Positions 19,298 to 27,415 of a stretch of DNA of 64,000 nucleotides are shown piece after piece (within the stretch, counting starts at the first letter, position 1; each line of letters opens with the position of its first letter). The translations under genes were made by a program, and so were the position numbers. Origin of the DNA: Bacteroidales bacterium. Its GTDB lineage: Bacteria; Bacteroidota; Bacteroidia; Bacteroidales; UBA932. Under the pieces are notes generated by a model. That model had not been told where the DNA came from. It saw only the letters and a list, made by a program, of their open reading frames with translations, and made no database searches. The DNA is taken from the NCBI GenBank assembly GCA_017447815.1, contig JAFSMS010000017.1:18940-82939 (forward strand), in the 5' to 3' direction.

Positions 19298-20995
19298 ATG
19301 AAAAAATATATCGCTATCGCCCTTGCGGCACTCTGCGCTTTCAGCTTCACTGCCTGCAACAAACTCCTGGATTACGCACCTCAGGGACAGCCCACCGTGG
19401 ACAACTATTTCCTGAACGATGACCAGGCCAACAATGCTGTCGACATTATTTACTACCGTCTTTTCGAGCGTGACGGCATGTTCTCCCGTGACATTTACTG
19501 GGAGCAGGCGTGCGCCAATGACATGGTCTGGGGCAAGACCCGCGGTTTCAATCCCCTGGCCACCCTCACTTACACCGGCAACGAGAGCCCGCTGGTGGAT
19601 ACTTTCGGACGTATTTACAGATACGGCTTGTCCAGGGCCAACTGGGTTGTAAACGCCCTTCTCCAGAAGCAGGAAAAGGAAGGCCTCTCCGAGGTTGAGC
19701 ATCGTGTTCTGGGCGAGGCTTATTTCCTCCGTGCCCAGTTCCACCTTCTGGCCGCCTATCGCTACGGCACCAAGGAACTGGGTGTCCCGTTCGTGGCCTA
19801 TGAGGACGTGGAAGGCGGATACAACTATGAAATTCCCGAACAGCTCCCTTCCGTAACGGACAACTATGCCTACATCATCTCCGACCTGGAGAAGGCCGAG
19901 GAGATTCTCCCTCGCTTTGAAACCTACGGTGCCGATGACCGCGGCCGCGCCCACAAGGCTTCCGCCGCCGCCCTGATGGCCAAGGCCTATGCCTACTGGG
20001 CTATGTGGGACACTTCCAAATGGGACAAGGTTATCGATTGCGTCAATCGCCTCGAGAGCTCCTATGGCCGTGACTTGGTTCCCAACTATCCCGACCTCTT
20101 CGCCCCTGATTTCCAGAAAGGCTTCTGGAACAAGGAGTACTGCTGGGGCATCCCCGGTGAAGGCGGCCCTGACGGCGGTGGCGGCGGTGGTGTGGAACTC
20201 ACCGGTGTCATGCTCGAAGACAAGGGCTGGGGCAAATTTAATGGCTGGGGCCAGATCAAGCCTTCCTATGACCTCTATGAGGAACTCGCCAAAGATAACT
20301 GGGACGAGGATGGTGACGGCGTCGTAGACCGCAACATCCGTCTCCGGACCACCATTCTGGAATACAACGACGAGTTTGAGTATTTCGGTGAGACCATGCA
20401 CTTCGCTTCTCCTCAGAATATCGAGGCCGGCTTCCAGTGCAATAAGTACATGCAGGCCTTTGCTCCGGCAGACTGCATCGCAAGAGGCTGGGTGCTGGAT
20501 AACTCTAACTATCCGGTTACCCGCGTAATGTGGCCGATTGTCCGCTTCGCCGACGCTCTGCTGCTCCGTGCCGAGGCCAACCTTGCCAAAGGCAACGCTT
20601 CCGCAGCGGCAACGGATATCAACAGGATTCGCAAGCGTTCCAACCTGAAGCCGCTTGCCGGCAACGCTACCTGGACCGACCTCTACCACGAACGTCGCTG
20701 CGAACTCGCCTTTGAATTTGCGGCCGACCACGCTTTCGACTGCAAGCGTTGGGCTGTGTCCGGTGCTCCTGAGATTGCCGCTCTCGCCAAGGCCGAGCTC
20801 AACTCTCACCCCCGCATTCGCAAGTATGCCGACCGTACCGATCCCGAATCCACCTATGTCATTGCACCTTACGAGGATTACCTGAGCCCTGTGAAGGTTT
20901 GGGACGGCAACGAAAAGTGCCTCACCTTCCCTTATCCTACCGATGAACTTACCAAGTCCATGGGCAAACTCCAGAACCCTCCGTCCTGGCGTTAG
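19298..20995 (+). CDS. SusD/RagB-family lipoprotein
   Basis: Lipobox FTAC, GEAYFLRA, AAALMAKAY, RFADALLLRAEA, INRIRKR, ERRCELAFE, terminal QNP. ATG at 19298 preferred to GTG at 19292. Confidence 0.96.
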   Translation: MKKYIAIALAALCAFSFTACNKLLDYAPQGQPTVDNYFLNDDQANNAVDIIYYRLFERDGMFSRDIYWEQACANDMVWGKTRGFNPLATLTYTGNESPLVDTFGRIYRYGLSRANWVVNALLQKQEKEGLSEVEHRVLGEAYFLRAQFHLLAAYRYGTKELGVPFVAYEDVEGGYNYEIPEQLPSVTDNYAYIISDLEKAEEILPRFETYGADDRGRAHKASAAALMAKAYAYWAMWDTSKWDKVIDCVNRLESSYGRDLVPNYPDLFAPDFQKGFWNKEYCWGIPGEGGPDGGGGGGVELTGVMLEDKGWGKFNGWGQIKPSYDLYEELAKDNWDEDGDGVVDRNIRLRTTILEYNDEFEYFGETMHFASPQNIEAGFQCNKYMQAFAPADCIARGWVLDNSNYPVTRVMWPIVRFADALLLRAEANLAKGNASAAATDINRIRKRSNLKPLAGNATWTDLYHERRCELAFEFAADHAFDCKRWAVSGAPEIAALAKAELNSHPRIRKYADRTDPESTYVIAPYEDYLSPVKVWDGNEKCLTFPYPTDELTKSMGKLQNPPSWR

Positions 20996-21022
20996 TTGAT
21001 GACTTTAAACAGACTGTAGAAT

Positions 21023-22768
21023 ATGAAAAAGATATTTTTCGCTATTTTGAGCCTTGTGTTCCTCTTCGTAGGTTGTGCGAAGGAGACGGAACCCTATCAG
21101 AATCCGTACAGGGTTATCGTAGACTATCTGCCGCAAACGGTCACCATCAAGGGCATTTCCGGCACGGTAACTCCTGTTGCCAGTTACGACTGGATTACCT
21201 CCAACGGCAATGGAAGCTTTACCCTGCGCCGTAATACGACCGGCCTCATCCGTCGTGCAGAATTCACCATTGCCGGCCAAACGGACAAAGCGATCGTGAA
21301 CCAGCGCGCCCATAGCCTGGACGGCGTCGTGACTACCGCCCTTGCCCGTAACGGTAACGGCGAAGCCGACATCCGCCTCAATTTCTCCACCAGTTTCGCC
21401 GATGACTACGAGGGCTGGGGCGTAATTTATGGCAAGGAGAATGATGTGAACAAGGGTACCAAGTTGCCCGGTTCCGGCACTCCGCAATCTATGAACATGA
21501 TAACCATCGATGGTCTGGAACTCGGCACGGACTATTTTGTCTGGGGCTATGTAACTTCCACCGAAGGAGACACCGTGTTGGGTAGCAACACCACCGGTAT
21601 CATCCCGCCCGTTACCGTGAAAGCCGGCGACAATCTGCAGGCAATCATCGACGGTGCCAAAGAATTCGCAGAGGTTCGCGTAGAGGCCGGTGCCAAATTC
21701 CAGGGCCCGATTTTCCTGCGTGACAATGTGACGCTTTCCGGTGGCTGGGTAGATAACTTCAACGAGCAGAACTTAGAGAACCGCAGTATCATCGACGGCG
21801 GCGGCAAGAACCGCGCCGTGATCTCCGGAATTCTGGCCGATGGTTCCCGTCCCGGCTTCAAAAATGCCGTCATTAACGGTTTCGAGTTGTGCAACGGATT
21901 GGGCTCCAATCTCGTATTCAACGGAAAACTTTCTGTCGAGTGGTGCTATATCCATCATGGTATGAACAGCGACAAGGGTGGCGGTATCATGGCCACGGAG
22001 TCTGAAGGCGACGAACTGGTTCTTGCGAACAGCATCATTGCCTATAACAAGGCCGATGCCCATGCCGGTGGTGTGAGCGTATCCGGTGCCGGTACCAAGG
22101 TGACGGTAGTCAACACCCTCTTCCGCGGTAATGCTTCCATCGCCGAGTACGGCTATACCGCTGCCATTCATGGTCAGTCCGGTGTACAGGCTTATGTAGT
22201 CAACTGCACCTTCGTGGACAATGTGAACTGGCGTGACGGTTCCTCCGCCACCTCCTCTCCCTGGAGCTGCATCATGTTCCGCAACGGCGGTACTCACATC
22301 GAGTTTGTGAACAACCTCGTTGCCGGCAACTGGTACTTCCTGCCGGGCGTGGCCAACAAGGGCGCCGGAAATGCCGACAGCTACGATATGCCCATTCAGT
22401 CGAAGTATATACTTGAGCAGCAGGTCCAGCAGTGCGACATGAACGTCATTGCTGGTGACGATCCCGCTTGGGTGTTCCAGAGCAACCTCATCTGCGGTGC
22501 CGATCAAACCAACTTCATCGGCCGCGCCGGCAACGGCGCCGCCCAGAACAAGGCTCAGGACGCCAGCACCTTCGTGCACAACGATAATTTCAAATCGGTC
22601 TTCGTGAACTACGATGGCGGTGACTTCCACCCCGCCGGCCCCGCCCTCACCACCGGTGAGGCCAGTGATCTGGTAAACGGCCTGCTGGGTGCCTACACGC
22701 TGGATCTGGACGGCAACCCGCGCGCCACGGGCGGCAAGATCAATGTCGGTTGCTACCAGGCTCAGTAA
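21023..22768 (+). CDS. Surface lipoprotein with Ig-like N-terminal domains and a right-handed parallel beta-helix (pectin-lyase-like fold)
   Basis: Lipobox FVGC; LQAIID...V.L.GGW, SIIDGGG, GGGI / N..F..N.A repeats; C-terminal DLDGNPR...INVGCY. Occupies the SusE position. Confidence 0.75.
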   Translation: MKKIFFAILSLVFLFVGCAKETEPYQNPYRVIVDYLPQTVTIKGISGTVTPVASYDWITSNGNGSFTLRRNTTGLIRRAEFTIAGQTDKAIVNQRAHSLDGVVTTALARNGNGEADIRLNFSTSFADDYEGWGVIYGKENDVNKGTKLPGSGTPQSMNMITIDGLELGTDYFVWGYVTSTEGDTVLGSNTTGIIPPVTVKAGDNLQAIIDGAKEFAEVRVEAGAKFQGPIFLRDNVTLSGGWVDNFNEQNLENRSIIDGGGKNRAVISGILADGSRPGFKNAVINGFELCNGLGSNLVFNGKLSVEWCYIHHGMNSDKGGGIMATESEGDELVLANSIIAYNKADAHAGGVSVSGAGTKVTVVNTLFRGNASIAEYGYTAAIHGQSGVQAYVVNCTFVDNVNWRDGSSATSSPWSCIMFRNGGTHIEFVNNLVAGNWYFLPGVANKGAGNADSYDMPIQSKYILEQQVQQCDMNVIAGDDPAWVFQSNLICGADQTNFIGRAGNGAAQNKAQDASTFVHNDNFKSVFVNYDGGDFHPAGPALTTGEASDLVNGLLGAYTLDLDGNPRATGGKINVGCYQAQ

Positions 22769-22833
22769 CCGTCCGGCATCCATCCCCTATCATCCTGAAG
22801 GCATCAGCCCGAAGGATGATTCCAACCTCTTAC

Positions 22834-22864
22834 AGAGCGGCTCCTTACCGGGGTCGCTCTTTTT
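22834..22864 (+). terminator. Intrinsic terminator after susC-susD-lipoprotein
   Basis: AGAGCGGCTCC / GGGGTCGCTCT, 11 bp with two G-U pairs, followed by TTTT. Confidence 0.8.
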
Positions 22865-23038
22865 GCATCCATGAAAATGGCCTAAATCGCGGATGCAACC
22901 TCATTTTCTGTCGTTGCGTCCAAGAAAAATGCCTGAAAGGTGGACCTGGGCGCCCTGAAACAACGGAATCCCTCGTCTTTCATTTTTTTGTCCGGACAAA
23001 TTCTCTTATCATTTATCATTGTGCCGGGCGTGTGACGC

Positions 23039-23070
23039 TTTGCGATTTTGCGGGAAAAAGAGTATCTTTG
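23039..23070 (+). promoter_or_regulatory. Bacteroidetes promoter (-33 TTTG, -7 TATCTTTG)
   Basis: TTTG at 23039-23042, 20-bp spacer, TATCTTTG at 23063-23070; ATG at 23094. Confidence 0.65.
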
Positions 23071-23093
23071 ATAGTTGATAGATAGATTCCCGC

Positions 23094-26000
23094 ATGATGA
23101 ATAAACCCCTATCCCTCTTTTTCCTGGCACTTTCCCTGCTGGGACCGGCTTCGTGCCGGAACAATCCCTGGAAGGCCCTGCAGGAAGGGTTCGAAGCACC
23201 GCCGGATTCCATCCGGGCGGCCGTGTACTGGTATTGGCTGGACAACAAGATTTCCAAGGACGGTGTCGTGAAGGACCTTGAGGCCATGAAGCGCGTGGGC
23301 ATCACGCGGGCATTCATCGGCAACCAGTCCACCGACGGCTGGGACGAAGGCCTTGTACCGCTGTTTTCCGACCCGTGGTGGGACATCACGCATACGGCCC
23401 TGAAGAAAGCCGGAGAGTTGGGCATCGAAATCGGCATGTTCAACTGCCCGGGCTGGAGTCAGTCCGGCGGCCCCTGGGTAACCCCGGCGCAAAGCATGAA
23501 GTACGTGGCGGGGCATTACCAGGAGGTGGAGGGAAACGGACGAGAGCAGCACCTGGCGCTCCCGGACGTGCCGGCCGACCGCATCGTCGCCGTCCAGGCC
23601 TGGCGGAAAGTCCCCGGCGCCTCCCGTACCTGGACGCTGAAAACCCGGGAGGGTGTACCGGCCGTGCTGAAAATGCCGGTTCCTTTCACCGTACGCTCGC
23701 TCATCGTGGAAAGCGACGGAGCGCAGTGGACGCCGGTGACGCTTTCCCTGGACGGGAATGAACTGGCATCCTTTACGTATGACCGCCATAATACGGGCCT
23801 GAACGTGGGCTTCCGGCCGCTGGCCCCTTGGGTGGAAGGCCTGAAAGAGACGCCGGCCGGAACCTATCTGCTGCGCATGGAAGACCCTTCCGACGGCAGT
23901 TTCACCATTACGCTCTCCGAAAAGGCGTACATGCCCCGTTATGCCGAGAAAACCCTGGCCAAGATGTTCCAGGAGCCGCTTCCGCTCTGGGATACCTATC
24001 TGTGGGATACCCCGGCTTATGTCAATTACCGCTACGGGGTGGATCCCATGTTCCTGCAGGATTTGACCCCGCTCCTGAGCGGCGGGGAACTGGTCTGGAA
24101 AGTGCCGGACGGCCGGTGGACGGTCCTGGTCAGTTACCTGGAATCCACCGGTGTCACCAATTCCCCGGCTGTCCCGGAGGGGACGGGTCTGGAAGTGGAC
24201 AAGATGAGCCGGAAGCACCTGGCCGCCCATTACGACGCCTTCATGGGTGAACTCCTGCGCCGCATCCCTCCCGAAGACCGCACTGCCCTGAAAGTGGTCG
24301 TGGAAGACAGTTACGAAACCGGCGGACAGAATTGGACCGACGACATGAAGGAAGCCTTCGAAAAGGCCTACGGCTACAGTCCTGTCCCTTATCTGCCGGT
24401 CCTGCAGGGGGAGATGGTGGGCTCGATGGAGGAAAGCGAGCGTTTCCTCTGGGACCTCCGCCGCCTGGTGGCCGACCGCGTGGCCTATGACTATGTGGGC
24501 GGCCTTCGGGAGAAGGCCCATGCCGACGGCCTGCAAACTTGGCTGGAATGCTATGAGCACTGGGGATTCCCGAGTGAATTCCTCCTGTACGGCAGCCAGA
24601 GTGACCAGATCGCCGGAGAATTCTGGAGCGAGGGGACCCTTGGCGACATCGAGAACCGCGCCGCGTCCTCCTGCGGCCACATCTACGGGAAAAACCGCAT
24701 CTGGGCCGAATCCTGCACGGCCGGCGGCCCGGCCTTCAACCGCTATCCGCGCCTGATGAAGCAGCGCTTGGACCGTTTCTTCTGTGAGGGCATCAATGCC
24801 AGCCTCCTTCACCTGTATATCCAGCAGCCGGACGACCGCCAGCCCGGCCTGGACGCGTGGTTCGGCAACGAGTTCAACCGGAACAACACCTGGTTCGAGG
24901 GGATGGGGCCGTTCATCGAATACCTCCGCCGCTGCAATTTCATGCTGCAGCAGGGCCGCTACGTGGCCGATGTGGCGTATTTCATCGGCGAAGATGCTCC
25001 CAAGATGACCGGCGTCTGCGACCCGCCGCTCCCGGAGGGTTACAGTTTTGACTATATCAATGCCGATGTCCTCCGCCACCATGCCCGTGTGCGGGATGGC
25101 CGCCTGGTGCTGGACAGCGGCATGGAGTACCGCGTTCTGGTGCTGCCCCGGCAGGAAACCATGCGTCCGGAGGTACTGGAAGCCATTGCCGGCTTTGTTC
25201 AGGAGGGCCTTTCCGTCGTGGGGCCGGCGCCCACCAAATCTCCCAGCATGCAGCACGGCATTTTCGAAGCCGACGAGCGGGTGAAAACCCTTGCACAGAA
25301 GATTTGGAACGGAAGCGGAAAGGGACTGGTCTATCCCGACGGCACGCCGCTGGACCTTGTCCTGGCCGATGCGGGCGTAGGGCCGGACTTCCTGTACGAA
25401 GGGGACGGGCAAATCCTTTTCATCCACCGCTCCCTCGGCAGCGACGGCGACATCTACTTCATTTCCAACCAGGAAGACAGGCCTGTCACCATTACGCCGT
25501 CCTTCCGCACGCCCCGCGGGTACGGGGCTCAACTGTGGGATCCCCTCACCGGAGAAGTATCGGCCTGGGACGGGAAAACCCTTTCCCTGGACCGCCTGCA
25601 GAGCCTTTTTGTCGTCTTCCGGAAACAGGCCGGCCGCCCGGCTGGTCATGCTGAACGCAGCGAAGTATCTGTCCTGGACGGCCCCTGGACCGTGGAGTTT
25701 GCCGCCTCGGCGGGAAATCCGGCTTTCACGCGCACTTTCGACACCTTGGTCGACTGGACGCAAAGCGCGGACGAGGCCGTGCGCAACTACTCCGGCCATG
25801 CCGTGTATAAGAACAGTTTCACCCTGCCTGCCGCCGGAAAGAAGCGCATATCCCTGGATCTTGGTGAAGTGATGGTGCTGGCCACGGTCCGGGTGAACGG
25901 CAAGGATGCCGGCGGCGTCTGGACCTTCCCTTACCGGCTGGATATAACGGACCTTGTGCGGAAAGGCTCCAATGAACTGGAGATTACGGTGTTCAACAAC

Positions 26001-26132
26001 TGGCGGAACCGCCTTATCGCCGATGAGCGGCTTCCGGAGAATCAGCGGGGAACCTGGACCAACATCCAGCCTTTCGGCGCCGGCGACAGCCTGCAGCCTT
26101 CCGGCCTGCTGGGCCCCGTGTCCCTTTACTGA
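23094..26132 (+). CDS. GH106-like alpha-L-rhamnosidase, lipoprotein
   Basis: PPDSIRAAVYWYW, DLEAMKRVGI, NCPGWSQSGGPWV, EDSYETG, GEFW, and a C-terminal sugar-binding domain ending SGLLGPV. Confidence 0.85.
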   Translation: MMNKPLSLFFLALSLLGPASCRNNPWKALQEGFEAPPDSIRAAVYWYWLDNKISKDGVVKDLEAMKRVGITRAFIGNQSTDGWDEGLVPLFSDPWWDITHTALKKAGELGIEIGMFNCPGWSQSGGPWVTPAQSMKYVAGHYQEVEGNGREQHLALPDVPADRIVAVQAWRKVPGASRTWTLKTREGVPAVLKMPVPFTVRSLIVESDGAQWTPVTLSLDGNELASFTYDRHNTGLNVGFRPLAPWVEGLKETPAGTYLLRMEDPSDGSFTITLSEKAYMPRYAEKTLAKMFQEPLPLWDTYLWDTPAYVNYRYGVDPMFLQDLTPLLSGGELVWKVPDGRWTVLVSYLESTGVTNSPAVPEGTGLEVDKMSRKHLAAHYDAFMGELLRRIPPEDRTALKVVVEDSYETGGQNWTDDMKEAFEKAYGYSPVPYLPVLQGEMVGSMEESERFLWDLRRLVADRVAYDYVGGLREKAHADGLQTWLECYEHWGFPSEFLLYGSQSDQIAGEFWSEGTLGDIENRAASSCGHIYGKNRIWAESCTAGGPAFNRYPRLMKQRLDRFFCEGINASLLHLYIQQPDDRQPGLDAWFGNEFNRNNTWFEGMGPFIEYLRRCNFMLQQGRYVADVAYFIGEDAPKMTGVCDPPLPEGYSFDYINADVLRHHARVRDGRLVLDSGMEYRVLVLPRQETMRPEVLEAIAGFVQEGLSVVGPAPTKSPSMQHGIFEADERVKTLAQKIWNGSGKGLVYPDGTPLDLVLADAGVGPDFLYEGDGQILFIHRSLGSDGDIYFISNQEDRPVTITPSFRTPRGYGAQLWDPLTGEVSAWDGKTLSLDRLQSLFVVFRKQAGRPAGHAERSEVSVLDGPWTVEFAASAGNPAFTRTFDTLVDWTQSADEAVRNYSGHAVYKNSFTLPAAGKKRISLDLGEVMVLATVRVNGKDAGGVWTFPYRLDITDLVRKGSNELEITVFNNWRNRLIADERLPENQRGTWTNIQPFGAGDSLQPSGLLGPVSLY

Positions 26133-26140
26133 TTCGCTTT

Positions 26141-26206
26141 TTTGCGCATTTTTGGGTGTGATATGCGCAGAATGCTATGATTTTCGTTCGGGATTTTTTA
26201 TATTTG
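26141..26206 (+). promoter_or_regulatory. Regulator promoter with TGCGCA direct repeats 21 bp apart
   Basis: TGCGCA at 26143 and 26164; TATATTTG at 26199-26206. Confidence 0.6.
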
Positions 26207-26235
26207 TACATAAACGAATCCTTAACACTAAAACC

Positions 26236-27414
26236 ATGGCACGCGTTCTCATGATGACAGACTTTTCGGAGTCTTATGCCAACAAACTTTTGAGCGGAAT
26301 CATGCGCTATTCGCATGAACATGAGCCCTGGACCGTCTGCAAAGTCCCTCTTTCGCTCAGGGACAGCGGCCGCATGCAGGAATTGGTGAATTTCGCCACC
26401 CGCTGGAAGGCCGATGCCGTCATCGGCCAGTTCCGCAGCGGAGATCCCGTGGAAGGTTTCCTGGACCGGGGCATCATCACGCTGGCGCAGGATTTTCAGC
26501 AGCGTTTCCCGAATCTGATCAATATCAGCGGAGACTATTATCTCTCCGGAGAAATGGCGGCGGACTATTTCATCGAGAAGGGGGTGCGTTATTTCGCCTT
26601 CTACGGCATTCCGGGCATGGTTTGGTCGGAGGAGCGCCTGGAAGGTTTCTCGGCCCGCATTCGGGAGCGGCTGCCGGACGCTACGGTCTCCGTCCATATG
26701 AAAACCAGCCTCCAGGAAATCTGGTGGTACGACACGGACAGCCTCACCGAGTGGCTCGCCGCGCTCCCCAAGCCGGTGGCCATCCTGGGCTGTGACGACA
26801 ACATCGCCTACCAGATTATCGAAGCCATCACCCAGGTGGGCCGGGAAGACATGCGCATCCCCGATGATATTCTGGTGATGGGCGTGGACAACGACGCTTC
26901 CGTCTGTCAAATGTGCTCTCCCCAACTGTCCTCCATCAACCAGGAGGTGGAGCATGCCGGGTACCAGGCGGCTGCTCTCATCGACGAATTGCTCGCTTTC
27001 CCTCCCGCCGAGCGGCGGAGCCGCTACCGCGACATTATCGTGAAACCGTCCTATATCACCACCCGGCAAAGTACCGATGCATACATCCACCAGAATCCGT
27101 ATGTCTCCAAGGTCATGTATTACGTGAACGAGAACCTGGGCAGCCGGATCAAGGTGGAAAGCCTGGTGGACCTGGTCCCCATGAGCCGGCGCATGCTGGA
27201 AACCACCTTCGCCCGCGAAACGGGAATCTCTTTGTACCAGTATATCATCCGCGCTCGCGTGAACCGGATGAAAGACCTCATCAACGCCGGCCATTCGCCC
27301 CTTCAGGCGGCCGACGAACTGGGGACGGAGTACAAAATCATCGCCCGCAACTTCAAGAACCTCACCGGCATGACGCCGGCCGAATATGCCAAAAAACAAT
27401 TAAATTCCCACTGA
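26236..27414 (+). CDS. XylR-type transcriptional regulator (periplasmic-binding-protein-like sensor plus AraC HTH)
   Basis: YANKLLSGI, WSEERLEGF, LPKPVAILGCDD, IPDDILVMGVDND, LSSI, RQSTD, MSRRMLE..F, F...TGMTP.EY. Real start is the ATG at 26236; the longer ORF extension overlaps the previous gene. Confidence 0.92.
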   Translation: MARVLMMTDFSESYANKLLSGIMRYSHEHEPWTVCKVPLSLRDSGRMQELVNFATRWKADAVIGQFRSGDPVEGFLDRGIITLAQDFQQRFPNLINISGDYYLSGEMAADYFIEKGVRYFAFYGIPGMVWSEERLEGFSARIRERLPDATVSVHMKTSLQEIWWYDTDSLTEWLAALPKPVAILGCDDNIAYQIIEAITQVGREDMRIPDDILVMGVDNDASVCQMCSPQLSSINQEVEHAGYQAAALIDELLAFPPAERRSRYRDIIVKPSYITTRQSTDAYIHQNPYVSKVMYYVNENLGSRIKVESLVDLVPMSRRMLETTFARETGISLYQYIIRARVNRMKDLINAGHSPLQAADELGTEYKIIARNFKNLTGMTPAEYAKKQLNSH

Positions 27415-27415
27415 T

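Noticed and set aside
19283-19300. susC and susD are in frame and separated by a single TAA, so read-through could fuse them
   Set aside because: SusC needs its terminal aromatic residue and SusD has its own lipoprotein signal; an in-frame arrangement occurs one time in three by chance.
16088-20809. 1573-aa antisense ORF across susC and susD, and similar long antisense ORFs (3082-4938, 4893-7067, 8461-10725, 23109-25799, 29142-32003, 36882-39455, 42008-45070, 57581-59722)
   Set aside because: Shadow frames of GC-rich genes with no recognisable motifs. The longest spans two genes only because susC and susD share a frame (offset 3159 bp).
25954-26235. N-terminal extensions in the ORF track (25954, 28926, 12968, 15652, 988, 50575)
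   Set aside because: They overlap neighbouring genes or promoters; downstream ATGs give proper signal peptides or family N-termini.
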